Assembly (NCBI RefSeq): GCF_964194155.1
Contig: NC_135895.1
Location: 53,134,001-53,198,000, forward strand
Length of the DNA: 64,000 nucleotides
Reading direction: 5' to 3'
DNA from: Cetorhinus maximus
Taxonomy: Eukaryota
Made by a program: the position numbers and the translations under genes. Numbering within the stretch: the first letter of the stretch is position 1; every line of letters begins with the position of its first letter. This document shows, piece after piece, positions 1 through 13,154 of this stretch. A model generated the notes under the pieces. It did no database searches, was not told the origin of the DNA, and was given only the letters and a program-made list of their open reading frames with translations.

Positions 1-1050
1 CCTTTTTGCATAGCCAGATTGTGAACGGTGCAACACACTGCGATGATGCGGGAAACCCTGTCAGGAGTGTATTGTAGTGAGCCACCTGAGCAGTCCAAGC
101 ATCTGAAACGCATCTTCAGAAATCCTATGGTCTGCTCTATAAGAGAGCACATGGTGCTGTGAGCAGCGTTGTACCTCTCCTTGGAAGGGTGATGTATTGG
201 TGTCATCAGCCAGCATTTTAGTGGGTGCAAAAGACCTTATCCCCAAGCAGTCACCCCTGCAGACATAATGACCCCTTGAATATCTCAGGCACGTGGGAGT
301 GTCACAGGTTGTAAGAGTCATGGAAATCCCCAGGGTACCATGTACAAACGTGCAGTATCTGCTCCCGGTGATCTCACACCAGTTGTACATTGATGGAATG
401 GTAGCCCTTGTGGTTTATAAACATTAGGGTCTGCTGCCATGGAGCCCGTATAGCCACATGGGTGCTGTCTATTGCACCATGCACTTTTTGGCAGCCTGAG
501 ATGGTGACAAAGCCGATGAGTCTCGCAGCCTGGCTCTCTTCATCCAGAGCAAACCTAACATATTGATGGGCCTTCCTGTAAAGGGCATCTGTGACCTCCT
601 TTATGCACTGATGTGTTGCAAACTGAGAGATGCCACACAGATCCCCTGTTGATCCTTGGAAAGAACCAGAGGCAAAGAAATTTAGCGATGTGGTCACCTT
701 CAATGCCACTGGCAGGGGATACCCTCCAACTCCACGTGATGTCAGGCCTTCACGAAGAACGTGGCATATGTGATGTACCAGAGCTCGGGACAAACGCAAA
801 CGTGCACGTCATTACCTCTCATCCATTTGTAAATAAGAGACTCTTCTATGATAAACCCTGGGTTTGGCGAGTGACCCCCATTGTCTAGGTTTTTCCTCCT
901 GACCCTCCTGTTCATGCTGTGCTCCACTTGACCATGTCCCTCCTGCTGGAGCTGCACACGGATTCGCCTCTCCCTCCTTCGCCTCTCCCTCCTTCGCCTC
1001 CTCCATTGCATTAGGACCCTGACAAAGGCAGCATTGAGCCCTGGATCAAT
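1..1050 (-). pseudogene. Frameshifted PIF/Harbinger (HARBI1-like) DDE transposase, running off the window start
   Basis: Minus-strand ORF pieces 812-1006, 374-799 and 61-390 give PRVYHRRVSY, LSRALVHHICHVL, PVALKVTTSLNFFASGSFQGSTGDLCGISQ, GAIDSTHVAIRAP and NHKGYHSINVQLV. These are Harbinger transposase motifs split across frames. Confidence 0.88.
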
Positions 1051-1358
1051 ATCTGCTTTTGCCTTCTCTCTGAAAGGAAACATTGAAGACATTAATGATT
1101 CAAGGGGCAAGAAAGTGAAGCTCAGAAAATGACACGTTTGGAGACTGTAAGGGTCCATAGTTTTTCCTGCCCTACTTGCATGGTGACTGATGCCACCTTG
1201 TCCCTGAGACACTAGCACACATATCGAGGTGACCAAGATGGCATCACAGATATGTAACATCTTGAGATCTGCGTAGGATGCCAAAGTTTAATTGAGATGA
1301 GTGACCCAACCTAGCTCTGTGCTTCAATCTCTGATGTGGCATATTAATGACCAATCAG

Positions 1359-1616
1359 TTTTTAAAAATTCATTTACAGGATATGGGCATCGCTGGCCAG
1401 GCCAGCATTTATTGCCCATCCCTAATTGCCCTTGAGAAGGTGGTGGTAAGCTGCCTTCTTGAACTGCTGCAGTCCCTGTGGTACACCCACAGTGCTATTA
1501 GGAAGGGAGTTCTAGGATTTTGACCCAGCGACAGTGAAGGAACGGTGATATATTTCCAAGTCAGGATGGTGAGCGGTTTGGAGGGGAACTTTCATGGGAT
1601 AGTGTTCCCATGTGTC
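1359..1616 (-). mobile_element. 3' end of a CR1/L2-group (HER1-like) LINE inserted in the Harbinger element
   Basis: GCCAGCATTTATTGCCC tail is shared with the SINE at 30210 and the + copy at 11588-11763. The other end (AGTGTTCCCATGTGTC) matches the LINE at about 31316. Confidence 0.8.
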
Positions 1617-3063
1617 GTCTGTGAGTGGATGCCTTTTGGCTCATTAGGAGTGTCAAGTCTGGCAAACACGTGACAGGCCTTCATTGATGGACTGCCATAT
1701 ATGATACAGCTGTGCCTCCTTCACTATTGCCTGCATTCCCAACTTCTAAATTCCTATGTGTTACTCTTGAGATGCAGCCACTATGATGCGAAGCCACTGA
1801 GTTCTGAGTAGCCCTTTAACAGTGCTAATGAAGCCATTGGCTTTCAGTGGCTTTCACTGCAAGAAGTCTTTCTCCTTTCTTTCTAAGCAGACTCCTATTC
1901 ACTCCTGTGGCAAAAGAAGTTAGAGGGTGACCTCAGAAAGGACCGCTCATGTTCGCCCATCCTCCTCACTGCCATTCCACAGCCTTCCCTCTCTGTTGCC
2001 CGCCCTTGTGTTCGCTCTGCCCCCTCAATGCCATTCCACACCTTTTTTCTCCGTTGTCTACCTTGTGTTCATCAACCCCACCCTCGCCTCACAGCCCACC
2101 CCCAGTTGAAGTGTTTCTGAAAGTGGAGGCCTGTATGAGTACCACAGCACAGTGGTGTTCTTCGGGACAATGTAGGCAAAGAGCAGGAGCAGACCAACCC
2201 TACAGCCCCAGCAGTGTGGCGTTCATTGCAACAAGACCAGCGAAGCGCTATGGTAGGTAGGCTACGTTTGTTTCACTCACCTCGAAGTTACCACCAAATT
2301 GACGTCTGACTTGTGCATGCCACCCCTTCAAAAGGTTTTGAGGCCAATGTAATTTCACCTGGCATGACACAAGATTGGAAAGTGTGACAAGATTCTGGCG
2401 AGCAGTTGTTTTAATGAGCATTCATGAGATGCTAATAAATGCTAATGGCGTTCACACCACTAGTCAGTGGGATAACTGACCCACCATAAACCCACCATCG
2501 GGAGAATTGCAAGTTGTTTTTACCCCAGCGGATTTCTGACTTTTTGTCTGCTGCTGGATTCTCTGCCTGTCACGAAACCCGCTGTGGGCAGGATGGGATA
2601 ATTCCGCCCAAAGTATTTGAACTAAAATATATGAACCTGCGTAAAGAGATTCTGTAGATTAAAGCAGATTATTGATATCATGTAAGCCTTGTTTCTACCT
2701 AGTTTACTGGAAGTCATTAATCTGTGTGATGGCTGCAGATGTTGGGAATATAAGGCTATTGATGTTTAATACAAGACCAATGTTATTTTTAGATGAAAAT
2801 ATAATGAGATGTAGTGTGTTAATTAATATGAGAAAGGAGAAAAGGGAAGAACATAATTAAGGACACTTGCACTAAAGCTTCAGGGATACCATTAAACTGT
2901 TTTAGGAAGGATCAGATATTTCAATTTACAGATGAAATCCTTATATTTTACTTTTATCATATGTTGCTTTATTATACACAGGTACCCACCAGTATTCACA
3001 AGAATAGAAGATTCAGGCAATTTCACATTGTTTTGAACAAAATCTGCCAAAAAGTCTCTCTAT

Positions 3064-3738
3064 GGCTGAATTTTCTCGCTGATGGTCAAGTCCTGTCGCT
3101 GGGTCTAGAAATGGGAACTGACACTGTCCCGACAGGTGGTGGGCCCATAGGGCAGCATTCTGCTGGTGGCAGCCAATTAAGAGGTTGCTGCGGGAGCCAC
3201 CATCCAATTGAAGATGGCGACCAGCTCACTCAGAGGGCTGGCAGCTCAGCAGCCTCAGCAACACCAGCGCTAATGGTGGCCATTTCTGAGGCTGCATCGC
3301 CAGGGAGAAGGCACCTCAATGGCGGGGTGTCCTTGAAGAGAAGTGATCTTGTTTGGGGAAAGCAGGAGCCAGGCAGGCAGACCACAACAATTGAGGTGGG
3401 GGTGGGGGGGGTGGGAAGAGGGATTCTGGTGCACCAGCAGTGTCATTGCTGTGAGGATGGCCATTGTTCCATTGGTCCCCTCCATGCCATGGAGTGCCTA
3501 TCTAGGAGAGTCTCACACCCCAGAATCTGCTGGGAGACTGCTAAGGTTTCTCTGTTTGTCTCCTGATATGGTGGTGAGCCCTCTGATGGGGGTGGGTGGT
3601 GCGGTGCAGGAAATGGCCCCTAATTGGTCACTTAAGTGGCTTAATTGTTCGCCTGGTAGGCAGCTGCTTGCCAAGGTTTCTGCCACCATGGCAACATGCC
3701 ATGACAATGGGAAGAAGTTGGGCTGAGAAAAGTCAGTC
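3064..3738. mobile_element. Non-autonomous Harbinger-like element (MITE)
   Basis: Imperfect TIRs GGCTGAATTTTCTC (3064) and GAGAAAAGTCAGTC (ends 3738). GC-rich interior with sharp edges against AT-rich flanks. Confidence 0.55.
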
Positions 3739-5079
3739 GATATTTTAGGTTAAAAGAAATTGTGAACTCTGTGGAGCACCTGAATAAAATTAACATCAAA
3801 GTGTTAGCATTAAATCAGCATATATTCCAGGTGTCTACATGCATTGCTAGCAGAATCAGCCTGCTTTAAAAGATGCATTTGGATTCCAGTTGTATATAGC
3901 TTAGAATATGTTTGCACATGCTATAAATAGGGTGTCCCAATACAATATGAAGTAAACCTGTAGTTCCTCACATCTGGATAGTTTACAATCTTGTTTGCAA
4001 ATCACACATGACCTCTGCCTTTCATTAAAGTATCTGTCTGTTGCTAATCTAGCTCGATGGATTAGCAGAGTAGGGACTTGTGACAGAGGTATGTTATATA
4101 ACTGGTGTTATATTGTGTTAACTATTAATTAAGTATTTATGGACAATATGGGAGCCAGTTAGCTCAGTGGACTAAATTGCTAGTGTGTGATTCATAATAA
4201 TGCCAAAAGCATGGGTTAAATTTCCATACAGGCTGAGGTAGACTTGGGACCTGCCTCCTTGCCCTGCCCCTAACAGTGGAAGACAATAGCAAATCAGCAC
4301 TGACAAAAACTGTCAAGAAAACTGCTCGGGATGAAGCATCAGTAAATAATGACCCAAGGACCTGCCTTAAGGCAAAGTACACATGAATGAATGGACAATA
4401 TATGACATGCTCAACTATTGCACAGACCTTGAGTAAATTTGTATTCCCTAATTTCCCCTTTTTGTATAATTGGATGCAAATCAAAATGATACACCTGAAG
4501 ACAACTGTAACAGAAACAACAAATGTCTCACAACTTTCATCCTGGTCACTGCTGGGAACAAAAAATCTTGCGAGATATATGGATAAGAGATTTCACACTG
4601 GCCAAAATTTCAGCAACTTTCATTTAACAGGTAATGTTTAAACTAGGTTGGAATCAAGACTAAATACTGTCTCCTGTTCTAATTATATTTTTCCAAAACT
4701 GTGGAACGGTGAACTCATCTACTCTCATCTTCCATATTTCCTCCAATCTCTAGGCTTTTAAAATCTAAGATTAATATCTGCAGCCCACTACTTCTTGATT
4801 TACCTTATCACTCTTAAACAATGATGATGAGCAATAGCATAGGAGATCTGCTAGTATTAACAAAGTCTGTTAAAAACACTGGACCAGAAATTCTGGGAGG
4901 CCTGCTCCAGCTGCAGAGATGTAGTAGGATAACATTCTGGTCATCAGCATGCTCTGGCATTGACACTCTCTCAAAACCTAGGACAGGATCATTTCTATAA
5001 AGAGACAGGCATCCATGCTATCCACTATGATAACTGCTGAGGCGGAGATGGGGTGGGGAGGGGGAGGGGGAGGGGGCTG

Positions 5080-7505
5080 GGGTGGCTTCCAATATTGGTC
5101 TGTGTGGGTGGTGGTGGGAGGATGGGTGCAGGCAGCTCCAGGGTGCTGATGGGCTGCTTTTTATGAAAAACTGACAGCAATTTCTCTGCTGCTCAGTGAT
5201 CAATTGCCTTTAGGAAACCGTCATCAACTGTTCCTCAATTCGAGGATTTACTCAGGGTCATGAGTTTCTGCCATGGGTCTTCATGCAACTGAACAGGCTG
5301 ATTTTCGACCCACAGATCTTTGGGCACATGGGGTAGGACATCCCATGCGGTAGTGGGACCTGGAGTACAGAAATTGCTTCCTTTTCTTTTGTTGACTTGC
5401 AGAGGTCTTTGTTGTCAAACACTCAGTGCCGTAGTTTGTAGAAGACTGACCTGGTGCAGCTGATCTGGTGTTGGATCTCCTTGTCGGTGGTGGACTTTTG
5501 AGATGGTAGCTGCCAAGGTAGGAGAAGTGTTCAACATATTCCAGAGTGACTCCTCCAACATATATCGGAGGTTGAATATTTGGCTACCAGGTATGGGTTG
5601 ATATATGAGCTTTGCTTTGGCAACATTCAAGGACAAGCCGGGTTTCTTGTCTGCAGAACTAAAGAGATCGAGAGTGGCTTGTAAATCTGGTGCAGAATGG
5701 GCAATGACACAGCAATGTTCCACAAACTGTAGGTCATGTCTGCCTATGGCGGACAGTTTAGTTTTGGCATGGAGATGATTGAGGATAGAGAGTTCTCCGT
5801 CTAGGTGGTATTTAATACTCTCACCAGTGGGCAGTTGATCTTTGATGAGGTGAATAGACCCCGTCAGCTAGATTGTAAATAGTATGGGGGCTAACACATA
5901 GCCTTGTTTGACTTCGGTCCAGATTTTGGAAGCATCAATTTCAGATCGCTTACCCAAGACAGTTGCAGTCATATCATCATGAAGCAATGGCAGGATTGTG
6001 ATGAAGTTTCTTGTATATCCAAATCTTTGGAGCACAATCCACAGAGCCCCAGAATTTACTGAGTCAAATGCTTTGGTCAGGTCATTGAATGCAATGAAGA
6101 GTTTCTGATGTTGTTCTTGACATTTTTTGGGGATTTGTCTGGCATCAAAGATCATGTTGGAGGTTCCTCTGGAAGGTCTAAAGCCACACTGTCTCTGGGA
6201 GGATTTCCACAGGCACAGGAAGTAGGTGATTCAGGAGAATGTGTATCAGGATTTTCCCTGCTATGGACAAGAGGGAAACACATTGATACTTTCCACAGCA
6301 TGATTTATCAACTTTCTTGAGGAGAGTTACAATTGTTGCATTTCAGAAGTTATTGGAAGGCAGTTCTTTTTCCTCCCAAACCTATAGGATAAGTGCATGG
6401 AGTCTTGATGTGAGCCCACCAGCTTTGAAGATACCAGAGGCAGCAGGCTTTGCTGTTTTTCATCCATTTGGTTGCTTATTTCAGCTCTCCCATCGATGGT
6501 GGTTCACCCATGGATTCTACCACAGAATACTGGGGGATAGCCTAGACTCTTAGGTTTCATGATTAAGGAGTTATTGAAAATGTTATTTTCTGCGTTGATG
6601 GATGGTATTGTCATCCTCAAGAAGAGGAACACCATTCTGAAGCAAAGGGGACTTGGTCCATTTAACCTTGATCTGAAGATAGCCCTGGTAGCTTCAAAAA
6701 TGCTTCACAAGTCATGATGGTCAGCACATTGTGAGATCTCTCGGGTTTTCTCGTCCCACCACATGTCCTTTATCTTCTGGATTTCTCTTTGGGTGTCAAA
6801 CTTGAACTTTTGGAATGCAGCCTTGAATTGGATTGTTCTGCCAGGCAATGAAGGCTGCTTGTTTTTGTTCTAGGAGGTCACATATATTTCAGCAAACCAG
6901 CCCTGGTAATGACGATGCTTAATGGTCTGGATACATGAGTCTATTATGTCTGATTTTGTTTGATCCCACTGTTCTGGAATTGATTTGTGATCTGGATTTT
7001 TGAAGATTTTTCAGATTGGTCATGAGCTGTGCTTGGAATCCTCTCTGCAGTTAGGTTGCATCAGGGCTGAGACATCAACCCTCTTCCTTTTGGACTTTTG
7101 GGCCTTGTGATGTCTTGGTGCTAGGTGGATGTTGATCACTGATCAAACAAGTCTATAATCTGTTCAGCAGGCATCAGTCCCCAACATGGATCGAGTGATA
7201 CAGACAGCACCTAGATCTTTGAGCCGAACAATGATATAAACCAATGCTTTCATCAAGGATGCATCCATGTGGCTTTGTATTTGTCCTTCGGGTGGAAGAG
7301 GGTGTTTGTTATAATGAGACCATGCTTAGCAACTTTGTTAGCAGGAGGATGCCATTTTGCGAAGTTGGGGGGTGGCGGTGGGTGGCTTGCAATATTGTGT
7401 GTGTGTGGGGGGTGGGTGCTGGCAGTTCCAGCTCATAAGCTGCCTTATTTGGAAAACTGAAAGCAATTTCTCTGCTGCTTAGTGATCAACTGCCTTTAGG
7501 AAACC
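5080..7505 (+). repeat. Pair of diverged direct repeats (about 5080-5219 and 7380-7505) bracketing the RTE fragment
   Basis: 53-nt core 5167-5219 vs 7453-7505 differs at 3 positions. Upstream GGTGGCTT(C/G)CAATATTG is also shared. Confidence 0.8.
5221..7260 (-). mobile_element. RTE-clade LINE fragment (decayed RT)
   Basis: MIFDARQIPKKCQEQHQKLFIAFNDLTKAFDSVN and VKQGYVLAPILF (5868-6155), CCVIAHSAPDLQ (5415-5723). The 3' end at 5221 is homologous to 12680. Confidence 0.85.
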
Positions 7506-8124
7506 TGTATTTGGCCCACACTTCCATTGTTGTCATGAAGGTATGCCTGCAACACGCTGCAACAAGCAACAAACTCGTAGGATTTTTCACAGGCATGTCA
7601 TCCCACCAAGCTCACCTCTTTGTGTAGCATCATAATGGAAATGGGTGTAGGCACAAGTGTCTGTTCTATTTCTGTCAGAATTTTTGGTATGGGGAGGAAA
7701 AGGAACTGTGGAACTTTGTCTTGTACAAAGTTCTGGCCCCTGACAGTGTCACTCCCTCAAGCCTGAATTTCAGGGCCTTTGTGTTTCATCTATATTTCCC
7801 CAAACTTTATATATTTTGTGTATTTGTAGCTTACAGTGAAACTACAAACTCTCTTTCCCTCCTGTTTTCCCCTTTTATTGCTTTGGCCACATCAAGCACC
7901 TCCTGATGCAGCTAAGGGTAACCAACTTGGTCTTGGTCACCCCAAGACACGACTTGCCAAGGTATTACAAGATGTTATGATAAAAATTTAACAACTTTCC
8001 TTTCTTTATAGCATGGAGTGGCCTTGCCTCAACTTGCACCAATTCTATGGTATCATGGCTGAAGCTAGAATTTAGCAGCATAGAAAAATTGCATTAATCG
8101 ACCTCAATCCTGTGGTGCATTGTG

Positions 8125-8275
8125 GACAGATTTTTAATCTCTCAGTGAATCAAGGATATGGGGAGTAAGCAGGGAAGTGGAGTTGAAGCCAAAGATCTGT
8201 CTTGATCGTATTGAATGGTGGGCAGGCTCAATGGACCATATGGTCTACACCTGCTCCTATTCCTTATGTTCTTCT
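8125..8275 (+). mobile_element. CR1 LINE 3' tail
   Basis: ATTGAATGG...CAGGCTC...CCTGCTCCTATTCCTTATGTTC resembles the CR1 ends at about 49500 and 56100. Confidence 0.7.
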
Positions 8276-9794
8276 GGTCATGTGGTCGTATTCTAGCACA
8301 ATACATCACGTTCCACTTAATATTTTCTCATTTCAATTTTAATGAAGGTATATGTTTATAGAGATGTAAACGATATACTGAAGCATCTACCAAAGCAACA
8401 TGATCTCCCTGTTTTCATGTGTGTTCAAATTATCACTTGGCCTATGACATGCAGCATCACACCAGCTATGCTGAAACACTGAAATGTATTTATTTGAACA
8501 TAGGAACCGATGTAGACCATTCAGCCTCTTGAGCCTATTCCACCAGTCAGTTAGACCACAGCTGGTCGAACCTTCAACTGCATTTACCCAGCTCTGCTTT
8601 ACATCCTTTGACCCAACAAAAATATATTGATTCCAGTTTTCATAATTTCAACTGGCCTAGCATCCAAAGCTTTTTGGAGAACCTACTCTATCAAATCTCT
8701 TTTTCTAATTTTAAACATCTCACTTAGATCACCCTCTAGATCACCTTCTAAACTCAAGGGAATTACTGCCATTTTTATGCAACCTACCCTCATAATTCAA
8801 CACATTAAGCCTTGGTTTGTAGTCAGTCAACGGTTCTCAGCTGAGGTAGCAGTGGGGGCACTACAATAGGTTTCAGCACCATCAGGCTCAGCGGGGGAAA
8901 ATCTTTCAAGGTTCTCTTCCTAAAAGCTATCTAATTGCTCCTGCTGCAGTGTGGATTCTAGGTGAGGACAACATTGGTTGAGTAGCTTACCAACACTGTC
9001 TGCACTCACACATGAAGGCAAGATAATATAAATTAACCAATCCGTATTACCGAGCAGGAGTCAGCAAATTGAGGAAAGAAAAGGAGAAATTGGGAGTGTA
9101 AAAGCTGGGTTCAGTTTGGTGTATGTAAGCAGAGTATAGGTGATTCCTTGACAAGTGGCTTTGGGCTGATTTATTGTTTGAAATCAGTCCTGGAGTTGGC
9201 AGTTTCATGCTGCTGAGATTGTGAAGTCAGGCAAATATAAATTAAGTCTACTTGAAGACACTTTGAGCATCTGGAACAAAATCTACAAGTAATTTGCTGC
9301 ACATTTTCAATCTTAAAAGAATGAACACATGTGAAAACATACAAAGGCTTTCAGTATTAAAGTGTGCAATAAAATCTTTATAAATATGAGCCCAGGTGTC
9401 TGAGGTCACTCAGTTTTACAGCCCCTCACATCATCTTGAAGCAATGTGAGCATTCAGAAAACTATAGCGTTGACATACTGAGTAGAAGCATGAACAGGGC
9501 TGCTGTACTAATTATCAGTCATATTATCGGTTATCAGAAACTGAATCCCTCTTGGTATTAATGGTTTGCTCAGGTAACAAGGAAACAAATATTGTATCAA
9601 TACTTTACAGCACCTTATTCAAATTGAAATATGGTGTCTGATACAAACTAAATTACAGTAGCTAATTTTAACTGAATTACAGTACCAAACACTGAATATA
9701 TAAAGCAATTTCTCAGTGGTTTTGTAGGTAAAAGCAGTGTGGTGTTACTCAATTATTCAGATCAGAGAGGTTACATGTTCAATTCTGAGAAAGT

Positions 9795-10460
9795 TTATAG
9801 CAGAGAAGGAGGCCACTGTGCCTGAGCTGGTCTTTTGTTAGAGAAATTCAAAAGTTATTCCACTGCCTGGCTTTCCCCCCATAATCTTTAAAATATTTTT
9901 TCAATGTTACTTAAAGATTCAATAGTTTTACCTTAAGCACTCCCTGTAGAAAAACAGGCTATGCTCCAACAAACCTCTGCATAAATAAATTTCTTCTAAC
10001 ATTCTCTTAAATCTACTAGTGATATTTTTAATTGATGACCTCTTGTTTGCTGAGTACCCAACCAGAGGAAAAAGTCTTTCCATAGTCACTCTCTCAACCT
10101 CTATTAAATCTCCTTTCAGCTTTCTCTTGTCCAGTGGAAATAATCCAAGCATTTCGCATTTCTCTCCCTGATCATAATTTCTCGTCACTGGCATCTTTCT
10201 AGTGAATCCATGCTCTCCACGGCTTTAATCGCCTTTCTATAATGGACTGGCCAATTCCATGTGATACTCAATCCTGACTTAACTTAAAGTTTTGTATGAA
10301 TTCATTATTGCTTCTTTTCCCTCTCCTCCTATTTATAAAATCCAAAATTGTATTAGCTATTTTATGGCTTTATCTATATGCGCCAGCAATTTCAGGGAAT
10401 TAAGTACCTGAACCTTTAGAAATCTCTGTTCATTGACCCTCTTCAGCGTCTTTCCATTAA
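9795..10460 (-). mobile_element. CR1 LINE 3' fragment
   Basis: ORF 9928-10194 LGLFPLDKRKLKGDLIEV...LFPLV matches the CR1 ORF2 C-terminus. Confidence 0.75.
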
Positions 10461-11211
10461 ATGCAACTCCCACATCGCCCCAGCATTACACAGCTGAAGT
10501 TCGCCGAGCACTGCACATCTGCAGATAAACTGTGCTCCCCTGGCTGGAGTTCTGAGGTGTTCACACTTCTCAACAAGCTAGGCCTGTAGGCCCTGATGGC
10601 CTCAGGCTGGGGCTGCTCATGTGTTTCAAGTAACCTAATGCTAGTGTCAACTCTCCGGTAACAGAGAGGCTGTGCCTAGGCTGATTAGGCCTTTGGCTTG
10701 CCATATGCCCATACTTCACTTGATCTACTGCCAGAGCACTCAGGTACGAATGGCATTGGTAAAACATATAATGGGGTTGTAAACAGAATAATTATGTGGG
10801 AAGAGCTCAACAACAGACAGGGGAGTTAATTTTTTCACTGTACTGAAGTCACCAGTAAGCTGCTCAAAAGGAGCCCAGCTGTTATAGGGTCATATAGAAG
10901 TCAAAGGGAGGGGTGTGCCCACATACATTATTAATGCATCTGTCACTATTATGATTTAAAACTACTCATTAGATCAGACCAGGGAACCTGATGTTTTTGT
11001 GCATAAGTCCTCTTGATTTGATGACATAGTTTTCTGCTTCAGATAGGATTGCCAATATTCCCAAGTTATTTTGAGAATCTCCTGGTACAGGACATGAACC
11101 TCCCAGTTACTGCTGATAACAACTTACAAGAGAAGGAAAGTTTACAAATCCCATTTGCATTTACCTGCAGTTTGTGCCTGTTTACTTTCATCGCCAGCTT
11201 CGTTGGTGGCC

Positions 11212-11875
11212 TCCTTGGCTCAGTGGTAGCACTTCTGCCTCTAAGTCAGAAGGTTGAGAATTGAAGCCACACTCAAGACATTATTGAGCATATAATCTAG
11301 GCTGACATCTCAGCGTGGTACTGAGGGAGTGCTGCTGTCAGAGATGGCATCTTTTGGATGAGACATGAAAATAATGCCCTGCCTGCCCTCTCAGATAAAC
11401 ATAAAAGATCCCATAAAAGAGCATTATTAAAAGAGCTGGGAAGTTCTCCCAGTCTCCTGGCCAACATCTATCTCTCAACCAATATCTAAAACAGATATTT
11501 TGCTCATTTATTTAATTACTGTTTGTGGGAGCTTGGTGAGCGCAAATCGACTGCCGCATTTCCTACCTTACTGTATTTTCTACATTATGGGTCAAAATCG
11601 TGGAACTCCCTCCCTAACAGCACAGTGGGAGTATTTACACCACATGGACTGCAGCGGTTCAAGAAGGCAGCTCACCACCACCTTCTCAAGGGCAGTTAGG
11701 GATGAGCAATAAATACTGGCCCAGCTAGCGATGCCCATGTCCCATGAAAGAATGAAAAAAAAAGCACTTGTTTTCTGCTAAAGCAACCTTTCACTCGGGC
11801 CAAGAGATCCTGAGGTTGTAGAAGATGCTATATAAGGTTGTAGAAGATGCTATATAAATACATGACATTCTTTCT
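11212..11875 (+). mobile_element. Deu-domain SINE (SacSINE1-like) with a nested HER1-like LINE tail at 11588-11763
   Basis: tRNA-like head TGGCTCAGTGGTAGCAC, central TACTGAGGGAGTGCTGC...GGATGAGAC...AAAAGATCCCAT...GTTCTCCC...CCTGGCCAACAT and tail GCTATATAAAT. The insert ends in CCCATGAAAGAATGAAAAAAAAA. Confidence 0.7.
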
Positions 11876-12677
11876 CCTGGTTTTTGGAACTTTTTGCACG
11901 ATAGTTGCTGGCATGAAACAATGAGCAAAGATGTTCAACTACAGGGGATGCAACCTTTATAAGATAAACACAGTAACATTTGCAAGTGCCATTTGATCCA
12001 GCTCATGTGATCAGATGTCATGAGATTGATGTCAAATGATTAAATGTCACTTGGTGACATGTCATGTGAGCAAATCTCCAGGAATATCTTCAATCACAGG
12101 TGGCAACTGCACACAAAAGTAAAAACTGAAAATTTCCTGATTTTTGTACAACCTCCAGAAGACTCCTGAAGGGCTGCTGATTTGGGCACTCAATCTTTGA
12201 CACAACTAATCTCTGCCCATTTTCACCTGAATTTCACATTTGGGTGTCCTATAACTAAATGCCACTCAAGCCAATATGTCACCCAGCACACTTCTGGAGC
12301 AGTGGAGCATGGCAGGTCACAACAGAAAATTCAATGGTCTAACACCAATGTTATGCTTGAAAAATGGGTGGCTGTCAGTTGCATTTTCCTGGCATAATTT
12401 CCAACATTGTAACCATTACTGACAGGTAGACCTGTTATAGACGGCTTCTCAGATGCTCCCATTATGCAATTTTATTTTGTGAAAGAAAGTTACAGTGTAG
12501 GTAAATGTTGAAGACTGACAGCTGAATGTGCCAACAACAAAATACAAATGTCCTGGCACCCTCTGCCCCACCCTTTGTGTTCCTGCTTCTGCCTGAATAT
12601 AGAAAGGGCTGATATTGGACCATACGTACAGGTGGATGAAGCTTGCTTGGGCTGGGACTGGGTCTGAGCTGGGGCAT

Positions 12678-13150
12678 TATCATCATTGGCTGTCCCTCAA
12701 TTCGAGGGTGACATTACTCAAGGTCGTGAGTTTCTGCCATGGATCTTCATGTGACTAAACAGGCCAATTCTCAACCCAGAGACCTTTGAACACATGTGGT
12801 GGGATGTCCCACAAGGTAACGGGATCCGGCTGCAGGATTTGCTTCCTTTTCTGCCAGTGCTCTGCTTCCTCATTAAGATGTTTTGACTTAAAGCATGATG
12901 GACAAGTTGTTGCCATTTCACCCAGGTAGAAGCCTGCACATGACTATTTAACATGGGGCCTTGGGATGTCATCATTGTTCACATTATTTTGATGGGCTGG
13001 TGATCAGATTTCAGTGACATGACAAACCACGATGCCTGGAACCATCTTACCACTACAGCCTTCTTCCACCTTTGCAGCCGGTGAAATGCAGAGTTTTCCT
13101 TTGCCTGTTCTGCCATTGAGGACTTTTTGGACCGCACTTTGTCTGGTACC
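12678..13150 (-). mobile_element. RTE LINE 3' end
   Basis: ORF 12718-12975 ends HMCSKVSGLRIGLFSHMKIH, the C-terminal Cys/His motif of RTE elements. Homologous to 5221-5400. Confidence 0.8.
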
Positions 13151-13154
13151 TAGA

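Larger units (their letters stand above)
1..2609 (-). mobile_element. Harbinger DNA transposon, terminal part
   Basis: Contains the transposase relic. Ends at 2609 in GATAATTCCGCCC (reverse complement GGGCGGAATTATC), like the GGGYRGAATT termini of other elements in the window. Confidence 0.65.

Noticed and set aside
1-1050. Domesticated host gene HARBI1
   Set aside because: Frameshifted, and embedded in an element with a terminal repeat.
2961-3726. 201-aa and 127-aa ORFs
   Set aside because: Lie almost entirely in a GC-rich MITE with no recognisable domain.
4426-4630. Open stretch between CACAG and ACAG|GTAATG resembling an exon
   Set aside because: No recognisable homology and no partner exons identified.
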